A program made the position numbers and the translations under genes. A DNA stretch of 64,000 nt from a virus (taxonomy: Duplodnaviria; Caudoviricetes). Below are positions 1 through 9,105 of this stretch, piece by piece. Location: positions 34,884 through 98,883 of the IMG/VR virus record IMGVR_UViG_3300038428_000825; one strand, written 5' to 3'. Below the pieces are notes generated by a model. That model ran no database searches and was not told the DNA's origin. It saw only the letters and a list, made by a program, of their open reading frames with translations. The stretch's first letter is position 1, and the number at the start of each line of letters is the position of its first letter.

Positions 1-55
1 TTACAATCCGCCGGCCCACGTTGGACCAAACCGCCCTGAGGAGGGTATTTTCCAA

Positions 56-1381
56 ATGTCAAAGACCAAGGTCACTCCCGAACAATTCAAGGCAGAACTT
101 GAACTGCAGGATCGGTTTGCGACAATCTTCCGCACGAACGGGTGGGACCCGGTCGCCGATAAGAATGTCGACATCAACGATGCCCTGGACATCCAGAACG
201 CTGCCTTCATGATTCCGAAGGCGATGACGACCATCGTGCAGGAAGGGATCGAGCCGATGTTGATCGGCACCCACCTGCTTCAGAAGATCCAATACAAGCC
301 CGGCATGATGACCGTATTCCCGGCCGTCGAGCCTCTGCGTGCAGAGGAAACCGGTGACGGCATGGATCTGCCGATCTACAACATCAACATTGGTGGTGCG
401 CAGTCCTTCGGCGTGACCGTCAAGCGTCACGGCCTTCGCCTGAAGATCGCCAAGCGGTTCGTCGAGGAATCGGCCTATCCCTGGATCAACTTCTGGCTGC
501 GTCTGGCCGGCAATGCTCTCGCGCGTCACAAGGAAGAGTACATCTTCGACTTCATCACGAAGCTCGGCACGCTGGTCTTCGACAACGACCCGAACTCCCG
601 TCTGTCCAGTTCCACCTTGCAGCCGATCAAGGGCGTCACGACCGGCCGTAACTACAAGGGCGTGCTGAACGGCTCCATGACAGTGGACGACGTGTTCGAT
701 ATGTACGCGGCTGTGCTGCTCAACGGCTTCGTGCCCGACACGCTCCTGGTCCACCCGATGGCGTGGCTGATGTGGGTCAAGGATCCTGTCCTCCGTGAGT
801 TTGCCATCCAGGCAGGCGGCGGCAGCTTCTTCGCCAACTTCACCGGCAACCCTGCGGTGCTTGGCAACAAGTTCTACAACAACGGCGGACTCGGCATCGG
901 CCAAGGTCAGACCGGGCAGTACACCAACGGTCAGCTCACCGGCGGCGAAGTGTCGAAGGCGACTTCTGGCAACTATCAGAACATGACGTCGGCCCCGATC
1001 CTGCCGAACTACCTCGGCATTCCATTCCGTATCCTGGTCAGCCCGTTCGTGAACTTCGATCCCGAGCAGCGCACGACCGACATCATGATGTTCAACAGCC
1101 GCAACCTCGGCGCCCTGATCGTGGCTGAAGAGCCTCATGTCAAGAGCTGGGAAGACGGCCAGTACAACATCCAGAACATGTCGATCGAAGAGACCTACGG
1201 CTTCGGCATCCTCAACGAGGGTCAGGCCATCGCGGTCGCCCGCAACGTGAAGATCCGCCCGAACGAGTTCGTGATGCCCGCCCGCACCGTGTACAACCTG
1301 TCGGATTCGGACAGCACCTACACCGATCTGGGCACGGCGCCGATCTTCGATCCGGCCAACCCGCTCAACGTCAACGCCTAA
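56..1381 (+). CDS. Major capsid protein (probable HK97 fold)
   Basis: 441 aa, GAGG RBS, strongly biased codons, capsid-like segments (KRHGLRLKI, LARHKEEYIF, PDTLLVHPMAW), followed by a hairpin, and first in the structural gene order. Confidence 0.8.
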   Translation: MSKTKVTPEQFKAELELQDRFATIFRTNGWDPVADKNVDINDALDIQNAAFMIPKAMTTIVQEGIEPMLIGTHLLQKIQYKPGMMTVFPAVEPLRAEETGDGMDLPIYNINIGGAQSFGVTVKRHGLRLKIAKRFVEESAYPWINFWLRLAGNALARHKEEYIFDFITKLGTLVFDNDPNSRLSSSTLQPIKGVTTGRNYKGVLNGSMTVDDVFDMYAAVLLNGFVPDTLLVHPMAWLMWVKDPVLREFAIQAGGGSFFANFTGNPAVLGNKFYNNGGLGIGQGQTGQYTNGQLTGGEVSKATSGNYQNMTSAPILPNYLGIPFRILVSPFVNFDPEQRTTDIMMFNSRNLGALIVAEEPHVKSWEDGQYNIQNMSIEETYGFGILNEGQAIAVARNVKIRPNEFVMPARTVYNLSDSDSTYTDLGTAPIFDPANPLNVNA

Positions 1382-1404
1382 CCAACAGTCGGTTCTGTGC
1401 AACC

Positions 1405-1432
1405 GGGCGGCGGGCAACCGCCGCCCTTCGTG
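1405..1432 (+). terminator. Hairpin after capsid gene (probable terminator or stabiliser)
   Basis: GGGCGGCGG-GCAA-CCGCCGCCC perfect 9-bp stem with GNRA loop and only a weak T-tract. Confidence 0.6.
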
Positions 1433-1528
1433 TAGTGACTTGCAACCGTTTCTCAGCGAGGCCCTATGTACACGAAATTCAATCGGCCTAGACACAAACA
1501 CCCACCCTATGTAACCAAGGAGGATTTC

Positions 1529-1756
1529 ATGGCAGCAATCGACGATCTTAACACGGCGGTCGCGGCGCTTCAGGCCGAGGATGTGCTGGTGCTGGCCGGA
1601 CTTGCCAGTCTTCAAGCACAGGTCACCACGCTCAACACGACCATTGCCAACTCGCCGAACGTGGACCCCACGATTGAGACCGCCGCGCAGGCGGTGCAGG
1701 CCGAGGTGGTCAAGTTCCAGGCCGCGCTTGCACCCGCCGTTCCCGCGGCCAGCTAA
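1529..1756 (+). CDS. Small Ala-rich coiled-coil protein
   Basis: AAGGAGG RBS before ATG 1529; 75 aa heptad-like sequence. Confidence 0.7.
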   Translation: MAAIDDLNTAVAALQAEDVLVLAGLASLQAQVTTLNTTIANSPNVDPTIETAAQAVQAEVVKFQAALAPAVPAAS

Positions 1757-1854
1757 CCAAATCATGTCCAGGCGGAGGCCTTTAACTTCCGCCTGGCCAA
1801 CCCTGAGTCTTTGGTAGATCTCCGCCTTTACAGACACTCGGAAGTGGAGATCCT

Positions 1855-2475
1855 ATGTCCAGTCTGATCGTGATGCCCGGCAGCGAAGAGTTCAAGAAAA
1901 CGCTGGCCTCGATAGCAAAGGCGCCGAGCCGCCAGAAGCTTGTACAACCTGTCGACTTCGTAGGTCACACCTTGATGCTGAACACAGCCCTGGTCAAGAC
2001 CTTTCAGTGTGGCGGCTTCGTCCTGGGCCCGAACAGGCCGATCGGTATTGTGGACGAACAGTCTCAGCAGATTCCGATCCGCAAGGCATTGGAAGAGAAG
2101 AAGCTGATTGACGTCACCGGCAAGGACATGGCCACCAAAGGGTTCAAGGGAACCGGCGGCCAGACCTCGGCAATTACCGAAGAAGACACCGGCAAGAAGG
2201 TATTCGTCGGCCGCGATCGCCGCGGCAATCTCTACATCGCAACTCCCAGATCCAAGACCGAAGCCAAACGATTCGAGCGCGAGATCCGGACGACTGGCAC
2301 GCTCAAGAGCGTTGACTTCGAGACCGAGACCACAGGTCTCTGCGCCATTACCGAAGAGGTAGTGGAATCCAGCGAACAGCCTGTCAAGAAGCCCGCGAAG
2401 AAGTCTGCGAAGAAGGCCAAGAAGAATGTCCGCACCCGTCGTACTTCAGGCAACGCCGTCCGATCAAGAAACTGA
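1855..2475 (+). CDS. Hypothetical protein with Lys-rich C-terminal tail
   Basis: GGAGA RBS; KKPAKKSAKKAKK near the C-terminus; overlaps the next gene by 50 nt. Confidence 0.7.
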   Translation: MSSLIVMPGSEEFKKTLASIAKAPSRQKLVQPVDFVGHTLMLNTALVKTFQCGGFVLGPNRPIGIVDEQSQQIPIRKALEEKKLIDVTGKDMATKGFKGTGGQTSAITEEDTGKKVFVGRDRRGNLYIATPRSKTEAKRFEREIRTTGTLKSVDFETETTGLCAITEEVVESSEQPVKKPAKKSAKKAKKNVRTRRTSGNAVRSRN

Positions 2476-3130
2476 TGTGGTTCTTGGCCAGGCGATCATC
2501 GTCGCTTTCGACCAGGCGCTCGACACCTCGACGCTGAACGATAGCACGTTCTCGTTGACGTTCCCCGCTCCAACTCAAGTTCTCACATCGGGCCAGCTCG
2601 TTGCTGGCGAGGCCGCTCCTTCAACATTCAATGTTGAAGGAGCCTGGTCGTTCGCAGATGACTCAACAGGTCGCACGATTGCGACCTTCACACCCACCAG
2701 ACACTTCCAGGAGAACTCGCTCTACACGGCGATGCTGCTGGGCGCTGATGCGTCCCTTTCGACCGAAGACGTGATGAACCCCGCCGGCGAATCAATGAAT
2801 GTCAGCTACCAGTGGACATTCACCACCGGCATTTTGAACCTGCTGACACCTCCACCTGTTTCTCCTCTTCTGGATGCATTTCCAGCCCTTCAGCTCGATC
2901 AGATCAAGGTCATTCCAAGACGGCGGATTGGCCAGGATTTGAGTCAGTCGTTCGACATTCTGTTTCCAGATGACATCGATCCGACCTCATTTTCGGTCGA
3001 GGACCTTTACATGAGCATCGAGCCTCTCCTCGGGGATCCTACTGTTTCTGTGCCGCAAGCTCTGCAGTATGCAGCCGTCATCACCGGTAACAAAATCCAG
3101 ATCACGGTCACAGGTTGGCCGTCAAGTTAG
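2426..3130 (+). CDS. Ig-like (Big_5-type) domain virion protein
   Basis: N-terminal PVVLQATPSDQETDV...IIVAFDQALDTSTL...ATFTP...WTFTTG pattern. Confidence 0.7.
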   Translation: MSAPVVLQATPSDQETDVVLGQAIIVAFDQALDTSTLNDSTFSLTFPAPTQVLTSGQLVAGEAAPSTFNVEGAWSFADDSTGRTIATFTPTRHFQENSLYTAMLLGADASLSTEDVMNPAGESMNVSYQWTFTTGILNLLTPPPVSPLLDAFPALQLDQIKVIPRRRIGQDLSQSFDILFPDDIDPTSFSVEDLYMSIEPLLGDPTVSVPQALQYAAVITGNKIQITVTGWPSS

Positions 3131-3138
3131 GAAATGAC

Positions 3139-3591
3139 ATGTCACAACTTACACCGCACTTCGCAGACACTGAACCCGGACTGACTGTCCTGGCAGGCGC
3201 TGACTCGCACGTCATCGAGAACGTCACCTTCCTCTGCGAGAAGGTTCTCGAGCCCATCCACGACAAGTTCGGAGTTGTCCGCGTTCATGACAGCTACCGT
3301 GATCCTGGCCACAACGCCCAGGTCGGTGGCAAGACAGCTTCCTTTCACCTTTGCATCGGCGGGCACGCAGCGGTCGATGTCGATGCGCCCGCAGTCTCCA
3401 TGCAAGTTCTGTTCGACTGGCTGCGTCTCGAAAGCAAGCTTCCCTTCGACAAGGTCATCTTCGAGAAGAACAAGGCTGAAGTTCCAGCCTGCGTTCACAT
3501 TCAGATCGACCGCCTCAATCCACCCAGACGCCAGGCATTCATCGGCCACACCGGCGCCGCAACCGTGTACACCCCAGTGGAAGTCAAGTAG
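3139..3591 (+). CDS. Peptidase M15A-family (Zn D-Ala-D-Ala peptidase) endolysin candidate
   Basis: LTPHF...LEPI...SYR...HNAQVGG...SFH...AAVD...VHI motifs. Confidence 0.85.
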   Translation: MSQLTPHFADTEPGLTVLAGADSHVIENVTFLCEKVLEPIHDKFGVVRVHDSYRDPGHNAQVGGKTASFHLCIGGHAAVDVDAPAVSMQVLFDWLRLESKLPFDKVIFEKNKAEVPACVHIQIDRLNPPRRQAFIGHTGAATVYTPVEVK

Positions 3592-3600
3592 GAGACCTTC

Positions 3601-3834
3601 ATGGCATACAGGATCGATCTGACAACCCGGAACGCTTCCATTGCGATCGTTCTCGGGTTGGACGTTCTCTTCTTCGCCGCCGCGATCGGGGCTTCCGTTC
3701 AGCCTGCATTTGCAGACTTGAGCACGAAGCTCTGGGGCCTGTTTGCAGGCACCAATGGCGCGCTGATGCTCGCTCTGAACGCGAGCGGCGGCAACACCCC
3801 AACACCCCCAACACCAGCAGTGGCAGGCGCGTAA
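3601..3834 (+). CDS. Small two-TM membrane protein (holin candidate)
   Basis: Two hydrophobic segments; directly follows the peptidase; GGAG RBS. Confidence 0.55.
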   Translation: MAYRIDLTTRNASIAIVLGLDVLFFAAAIGASVQPAFADLSTKLWGLFAGTNGALMLALNASGGNTPTPPTPAVAGA

Positions 3835-4688
3835 TGAGACGCTTTCATCCTCGCTTTCAAGAACGAGCACTGAGATCCCGCCGGAAGTTCAAGCTTCCGG
3901 CGTGGTTCATGCCTTTTGTGAAGGTTGCCGTCTTCGCAGTTCCGTTTGCGTTCCTTTGTGTTTGTCTCGGTTTGGCCGGCCTCGAAGCTCGCAAGGCAAC
4001 CATTGGCCTGGAAGCCACTGACGAGGCGGCCAAGAACTTCATCGTTGACACCCAACAGCAGGTACATGTTGTGGGCAACAACACTAACCACCTTATTGTT
4101 GAGGCAGGTCTCACCGCGAAGGAAGCGCGCCTGGCCGCTACTTCCCAACGCCAGTTCTGGGATAACGAAGTTCCTGTCCTGGCTGCCCGCGCGAACGGAA
4201 CCTTTGACCGCACCGATGCGCTGCTTGCCTCCTTCCGCAAGACCTCAGACGGTCTCGACGCCGATCTGACCACCATTACGAACGACATTACTGACACGAC
4301 AACCACTCTCAAACCAGCCTTGGTCGCCACCGCCGCCGCCGCCACATCCGCATCGAACATGGCCCAGCAGGCCAGCAAGGATCTTGCCGATCCCAACATT
4401 CCTGCAACTCTGAAGAACATCAATGACGGTACTCATCAAATTGCTCTCACAGCTGGTTCCGTTGCTCACACTGCTGACAATCTGGATCACAAGGTCGACA
4501 AGATGCTTCACCCAGGATTCTGGGGAGCCGTCAAGGCCTACACCGTGTTCGGGGCCCAGCTCGCCACCGACGCAATCGAGATGCACTACTACCTGTCCTC
4601 AGTCGCCCCAGGTGCAACCGTCCAGACCGTCAAAGCAGCTGTCACGCACATCGCCAAACCCCTCACTCACCGGCCAGCAGCCAAGTAG
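3834..4688 (+). CDS. Membrane-anchored coiled-coil protein (possible spanin-like lysis accessory)
   Basis: Basic N-terminus, one TM segment, long Ala/Thr-rich helical region; TAATG coupling to the previous gene. Confidence 0.5.
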   Translation: MRRFHPRFQERALRSRRKFKLPAWFMPFVKVAVFAVPFAFLCVCLGLAGLEARKATIGLEATDEAAKNFIVDTQQQVHVVGNNTNHLIVEAGLTAKEARLAATSQRQFWDNEVPVLAARANGTFDRTDALLASFRKTSDGLDADLTTITNDITDTTTTLKPALVATAAAATSASNMAQQASKDLADPNIPATLKNINDGTHQIALTAGSVAHTADNLDHKVDKMLHPGFWGAVKAYTVFGAQLATDAIEMHYYLSSVAPGATVQTVKAAVTHIAKPLTHRPAAK

Positions 4689-4740
4689 CTTTGGTAGTTC
4701 GGGCCAACGCGCCACATTCACGATAGGAGATACACCCGTT

Positions 4741-5085
4741 ATGAGCATTTCATTCAAGTCCCTCGGACACGCCTTCGCCACCGCATTCAAATGGGTGGCC
4801 AACAATGCGCCGGCCGACATTGCCAAGATCGAAGCCACCAAGACCGTTGTGGATGAGGTTCTTCCCGAAGTCCCGACATACGGTGGGGTTGCAACCTCTC
4901 TGGCCGATCTCGGCTATGCCGCGTTGGGCGAGATTGCTTCGGTCATCACCACAGGCACTGCTGCCCAGAAGCAGTCGCTCTCGGACGCAGGTCTGGACAA
5001 CAGTGTGATCACCGCCATTGAAGCCGCCGTGAAGGGCTTCGGATCGATCGGCGGCTTCATCGCATCCCTCGTGTCCAAGAAGTAA
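4741..5085 (+). CDS. Hypothetical amphipathic protein
   Basis: AGGAGA RBS before ATG 4741; phage-like codon usage. Confidence 0.65.
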   Translation: MSISFKSLGHAFATAFKWVANNAPADIAKIEATKTVVDEVLPEVPTYGGVATSLADLGYAALGEIASVITTGTAAQKQSLSDAGLDNSVITAIEAAVKGFGSIGGFIASLVSKK

Positions 5086-5130
5086 CGACAGGCCTAACAG
5101 TTAGGTGGATCGTGTGTAGTGATCTTCAAC

Positions 5131-5164
5131 AAGCAGGAGGGCGGCTAATCCCGCCCTCTTGTTT
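5131..5164 (+). terminator. Rho-independent terminator-like hairpin
   Basis: AAGCAGGAGGGCGG-CTAATC-CCGCCCTCTTGTTT. Confidence 0.65.
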
Positions 5165-5190
5165 CATGTCCGGCCGGAGCCTTCAGGCAA

Positions 5191-5574
5191 ATGATGCCTG
5201 CATCAAATCCCCAAGAATCACGCAAGCAAAAGACAGGTCTTAGCCCCGCAGGCAGATACTGGCAATATCTCTATGCTGCGAAAAGGCGCAAGATCGAATG
5301 GGATTTGAGCAAAGACCAGGTCTATCTGTTGTTCGCAGGCACCTGTCACTACTGTGGCATCCAACCTTCTACCGTCTATAGACGCTCCGGTTGTACGCAG
5401 ACTTTCTTGTACAACGGGATTGATCGGATCGACAGCTCGAGAGGTTATCTCAGCGACAATGTGGTCTCATGCTGCAAGGCCTGTAACTTTGCCAAGAGCG
5501 AGATGACTACAGGCGAGTTTCGTACTTGGGTAAAACGTGTTGCAGACCACATGGCCTTACTTGGAGATGTGTAA
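5191..5574 (+). CDS. HNH-family (endonuclease VII-like) homing endonuclease
   Basis: CHYCG...NGIDRIDSSRGY...NVVSCCKACNFAK motif. Confidence 0.85.
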   Translation: MMPASNPQESRKQKTGLSPAGRYWQYLYAAKRRKIEWDLSKDQVYLLFAGTCHYCGIQPSTVYRRSGCTQTFLYNGIDRIDSSRGYLSDNVVSCCKACNFAKSEMTTGEFRTWVKRVADHMALLGDV

Positions 5575-6222
5575 ATGATCTACCCCGGAGATACACACCA
5601 AATCGTCTTCTCCCTTTCGCACGCAAATGGCACCACTCCTTCCGTGACCACGGCGCCCCTCGTTACGGTGATCAACCTGACGACAGGTGCGGCTGTTGTG
5701 ACCGCCGCGGCGATGACTCTGGTTGCCGGAACCTGCCTGGTCTACTCCTATGCGTGGAATACGGCCGGCATGCTGAATGGTGACTATCTGGCAGTTGTTT
5801 CCTACGCCGCAGACGGCAACACCGTCAACGGGCAGTACCTCGATCAGATCCGGCTGGGCGACACCAACATTCCCGGGCCGGTAGCCCTCAACGCTACCGT
5901 GGCGCTCAATGCCACCGTGGCCAAGGACGCGACCGTGGCTCATCTCACGGATCTGGCGACGATCAATCCCAATACATCGTCCGTCATCCTGGCCATTCAG
6001 GCCAAGACGGCCAACTTGCCGGCGATCCCCGCCGCCCAGTCCGATGTAACCGCGCTGGTTCAGTTTCTCACCGACATTCACGACACCGTTTTGGGCACCT
6101 GGATTGTCGACAAGACCCAGAATCCGAAAGTCATGTCGTTTCTGCGGCTCGACGGAAGCAATCTCGCCACCTTCACGGTGACCGAGGACGACAACTCCGC
6201 GGCGCGCACGGTCAGCGCATAA
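5575..6222 (+). CDS. Hypothetical structural protein
   Basis: GGAG RBS; beta-rich N-terminus and a short VALNATVALNATVA repeat. Confidence 0.65.
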   Translation: MIYPGDTHQIVFSLSHANGTTPSVTTAPLVTVINLTTGAAVVTAAAMTLVAGTCLVYSYAWNTAGMLNGDYLAVVSYAADGNTVNGQYLDQIRLGDTNIPGPVALNATVALNATVAKDATVAHLTDLATINPNTSSVILAIQAKTANLPAIPAAQSDVTALVQFLTDIHDTVLGTWIVDKTQNPKVMSFLRLDGSNLATFTVTEDDNSAARTVSA

Positions 6223-6230
6223 AGAAGCCA

Positions 6231-6247
6231 TCTTCCTATACTAGACA
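6231..6247 (+). promoter_or_regulatory. Conserved intergenic motif TCTTCCTATACTAGACA (putative late promoter)
   Basis: 17-nt identity with 8281..8297; core also at 34799 and 58500; contains a TATACT -10-like hexamer. Confidence 0.65.
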
Positions 6248-6298
6248 CGACTGAGGGAGCGGTGTGCTCCCTCCATCCTCCCTCTAGGACGTCCACCC

Positions 6299-6616
6299 AT
6301 GGCCCTTTCTCAAGCAGCTGAAACCGAGCTTTTGACCAAAGTTCGAGAGATTCACGCAGTCTTCATTGGTATCGAAGGCCAGCCCGGCAGGTTTCAGGAC
6401 CTGACAGCAACAGTACATGCACAAGGCAAGCGGCTTCGCGTGACCGAACGGTTTCAGTGGGTCTTGACCGGAGGCGGAATCGTTCTGGGCTTCATCGCCT
6501 ATCACTTCGAACACCTTCTGAATGCAGTGCTGGAGATCAAGAAGCTGGTCCCTGCAGTTCCCGCAGGCCAGGTCACGACCGGGTTCCTGCGTATTCCGGA
6601 GTTCTGGAGACTGTAA
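6299..6616 (+). CDS. Small single-TM protein
   Basis: AGGA RBS; hydrophobic WVLTGGGIVLGFIAY segment. Confidence 0.6.
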   Translation: MALSQAAETELLTKVREIHAVFIGIEGQPGRFQDLTATVHAQGKRLRVTERFQWVLTGGGIVLGFIAYHFEHLLNAVLEIKKLVPAVPAGQVTTGFLRIPEFWRL

Positions 6617-6921
6617 TGAGCAGTGTTGGTAGCCCGCTTTCCTATACCATTCCTGCCAGCCAGGACTACGGCGCAAGCGGGGCGCTCAGACCCTCCTATC
6701 CCAACCTTCCAAGCTTCGTCCTCTACGCATTCCTCAGCTCAGACTGGTGTGTTGGCAACACCGACCCGGCCTATGCTCGAGGAGCCTACCAGTTGGATTC
6801 GACCGGAAACTGGCTTCTCAACCTGTTGCCGAATACCTACAATCTCGTGCTCATGAACGGGACCGGAACTGTGATTGTCTTCCAGTTCAACCTGGTGATC
6901 ACGCTGCCTGCGAGTTCCTAA
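6616..6921 (+). CDS. Hypothetical protein
   Basis: TAATG overlap with the upstream stop; fills the operon gap. Confidence 0.6.
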   Translation: MSSVGSPLSYTIPASQDYGASGALRPSYPNLPSFVLYAFLSSDWCVGNTDPAYARGAYQLDSTGNWLLNLLPNTYNLVLMNGTGTVIVFQFNLVITLPASS

Positions 6922-6923
6922 TC

Positions 6924-7655
6924 ATGCAGAATCTGATCTTCCACATCTCGTTGCCCAAGGGCATCAAACTGATGAATGGCGCGACCTTGATAAAGGACGT
7001 GACCTTCGATTTCATCAGCCAGATCACTCCGTATTACTCGACCATCGATATGGTCCGTCTGGCCGCCGGCCCGACTCTCAAGAAGCTCTCCGACATCACC
7101 ATCGCCTGCCAGATCTACCGGTCCAGCAATGAAGCGGACCTGATCACCGCTGCGCGCGTCCCGCTTTCCGGGCTGCAGCATACCCGCCTGATCGGCAGCC
7201 GCTTGCAGTATGTGACGGCCCTGGCCTCCCGCGATCTGATGTTGAACGTAGTCTCGCTGCTGGGCCCCGGCGCTCATGTGCTGGCAAACTTCTCCGTCGA
7301 TCGCAAGGCGGACAATAAGCAGCGTCTGGCGGAGTTTGAGGAGTCTCTCAAACTCTACGAGGTGGTTCTCCGCAGCGGCGGCCGGGTGATGCCCGGCGGC
7401 CGCCCAGACTTCCACTTCGCAGCAAAAGGCGTTCTGGACTGGGCGGAGCGCACACCGGCGCGCACCTGGTTCGCCAACGGCATGGGAGCCAATGCCAGTT
7501 CGATGGACCCCGGATCTCCGACAGGCGGCCGCGGCAAGCCCATCAAGTTCTTTGCATCCCCGACGTGCTCCCCGCCAATGTCCTCCATGCGCATCGGCGT
7601 CTACCAGCCGGGCTTCCCCGTCTCCCAGTTCTATCCGTACGCGATGGGACAGTAA
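6924..7655 (+). CDS. Probable head-tail adaptor/neck protein
   Basis: ATG 3 nt after the previous stop; position before the neck and sheath genes. Confidence 0.5.
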   Translation: MQNLIFHISLPKGIKLMNGATLIKDVTFDFISQITPYYSTIDMVRLAAGPTLKKLSDITIACQIYRSSNEADLITAARVPLSGLQHTRLIGSRLQYVTALASRDLMLNVVSLLGPGAHVLANFSVDRKADNKQRLAEFEESLKLYEVVLRSGGRVMPGGRPDFHFAAKGVLDWAERTPARTWFANGMGANASSMDPGSPTGGRGKPIKFFASPTCSPPMSSMRIGVYQPGFPVSQFYPYAMGQ

Positions 7656-7673
7656 GAGGACTGGAGTGGAACT

Positions 7674-8258
7674 GTGGACTTCTACCGAGACATCTCGGCC
7701 ACCATCGACCTGCGCGAGGAGCTTCACTCCGTCATTCATGGCAGCGAGGAGATCGTCGGCCAGGGCCGCACTGTAATTCTGCGCCGCATGACCAACACAA
7801 CCTGCCCCGGCTGCTGGGATCCAAAGACAGGCGGAAGCGTCCGGCCCAACTGTCGGTATTGCCAAGGCGAAGGCTGGCAGTTCTATGAGACCCAGGAGAT
7901 CATGGCGCTCTACCGCGGCGTGGCTCCTGTCTACAAGCCTGGAGTCTTGGCCACTGGTGAGTATCCTCAGAATGCCATGGGCTACACCGATCAGAACCGA
8001 TGCACCGCCTATGTGGAAGTCTTTCGGGATGACGGCAGCCAGGTCTATCCCGACTACGAAAGGTACACCCTCCAGACTGCCAAGGCCTACGACAAACTCT
8101 ACGAAACGAAGGTCGATCCGGAAGGCAACTCCATCACCGATTCCAGCGGGCGTTTTACCCGGACGGTCAAATGGAAGGTCCTCTCGGTAGTGCCCACCTT
8201 CGGAGATAACGGACGGATCGAGTTCTTCGAGCTGGGACTCGAAAAGGAGAACGTGTAA
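7674..8258 (+). CDS. Probable head-closure/neck protein with Zn-finger
   Basis: CPGC...CRYCQGEGW motif typical of myovirus neck proteins; GGAG RBS with GTG start. Confidence 0.6.
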   Translation: MDFYRDISATIDLREELHSVIHGSEEIVGQGRTVILRRMTNTTCPGCWDPKTGGSVRPNCRYCQGEGWQFYETQEIMALYRGVAPVYKPGVLATGEYPQNAMGYTDQNRCTAYVEVFRDDGSQVYPDYERYTLQTAKAYDKLYETKVDPEGNSITDSSGRFTRTVKWKVLSVVPTFGDNGRIEFFELGLEKENV

Positions 8259-8280
8259 CCGAATTACCAGTCTGGTCGTG

Positions 8281-8297
8281 TCTTCCTATACTAGACA
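8281..8297 (+). promoter_or_regulatory. Second copy of TCTTCCTATACTAGACA motif
   Basis: Identical to 6231..6247; intergenic, 33 nt before ATG 8331. Confidence 0.65.
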
Positions 8298-8330
8298 GGA
8301 TTGCCGGGGCTCTCCCCGCGAGGAGCGTGC

Positions 8331-9053
8331 ATGTCTGCAATCACCAAGCCCTCCTCGATCTTGCCTCCGCTGCGTTCGAGTAAGCCCGCGGCAGACATCA
8401 ACGGCTTCTTCCAGATTGTCGGGCAGGCTCTCGTAGAGTTCATCAAGACGGAAGGTGCTCCCGAGGGAACAGTCCCTGTTTACGTGGAGACTTTCCCGAA
8501 GGAACGGCTTTCAGAGCCGGACACAGCGTTCGACGTCATTCTCTTCCATGTAGTCAGCGGTGAGATGGCGCCTACCAGCAATGACGGCGCTACTGTTCCC
8601 CGTTCGCCGATGCTTCGGAACGTCGCAAGAATCCCGAGCCAGGCAGGGTACAACCTGGCGCAGTACGGCTGGTGGGAGAACTACACCGTCGAGTTTGAGG
8701 TTTGGTCGAAGAGCAACTCTGTGGCCAATTCTCTGGCAGTATGGTTTCATCGCTTTCTGATTCGGTATGCCTATTACTACAAGTTCTTCGAGGCATTCGG
8801 AGTCCAGCAATTCAAGTTCGCAGGGCGCCAGGAAGATAAGTCCGACGAGAAAGAGAATCAAGAGCTCCAAATCCGTCGGCTTCGGTACTCGTTCCGCCTG
8901 GAGTTCCTTGACACCTTCACAGAGCGGCAGCTTACCGACCTGACTCTGAATTTCAAGATCAAGCGGGACGTTCAAACCGTTGAACTTGACACCGCTCAAC
9001 AACACAACGCGGAACACGAACGTTTCCGATTCCCTGTGTCCAACCCTGTGTAG
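8331..9053 (+). CDS. Probable tail terminator/completion protein
   Basis: AGGAG RBS; immediately upstream of the sheath; alternating beta-strand pattern (YTVEFEVWS, LRYSFRLE). Confidence 0.55.
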   Translation: MSAITKPSSILPPLRSSKPAADINGFFQIVGQALVEFIKTEGAPEGTVPVYVETFPKERLSEPDTAFDVILFHVVSGEMAPTSNDGATVPRSPMLRNVARIPSQAGYNLAQYGWWENYTVEFEVWSKSNSVANSLAVWFHRFLIRYAYYYKFFEAFGVQQFKFAGRQEDKSDEKENQELQIRRLRYSFRLEFLDTFTERQLTDLTLNFKIKRDVQTVELDTAQQHNAEHERFRFPVSNPV

Positions 9054-9105
9054 GTTGCAGACTAACCGTTAGTTTGTTGACCCGAGATCTACGAGGAGAA
9101 ACAGA

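Noticed and set aside
59-1837. 592-aa minus-strand ORF and similar long antisense ORFs (9415..10986, 14542..16011, 20691..22139, 38859..40148, 53821..55032; also 61360..62481 on +)
   Set aside because: They are antisense shadows of GC-rich, codon-biased real genes, with no recognisable motifs
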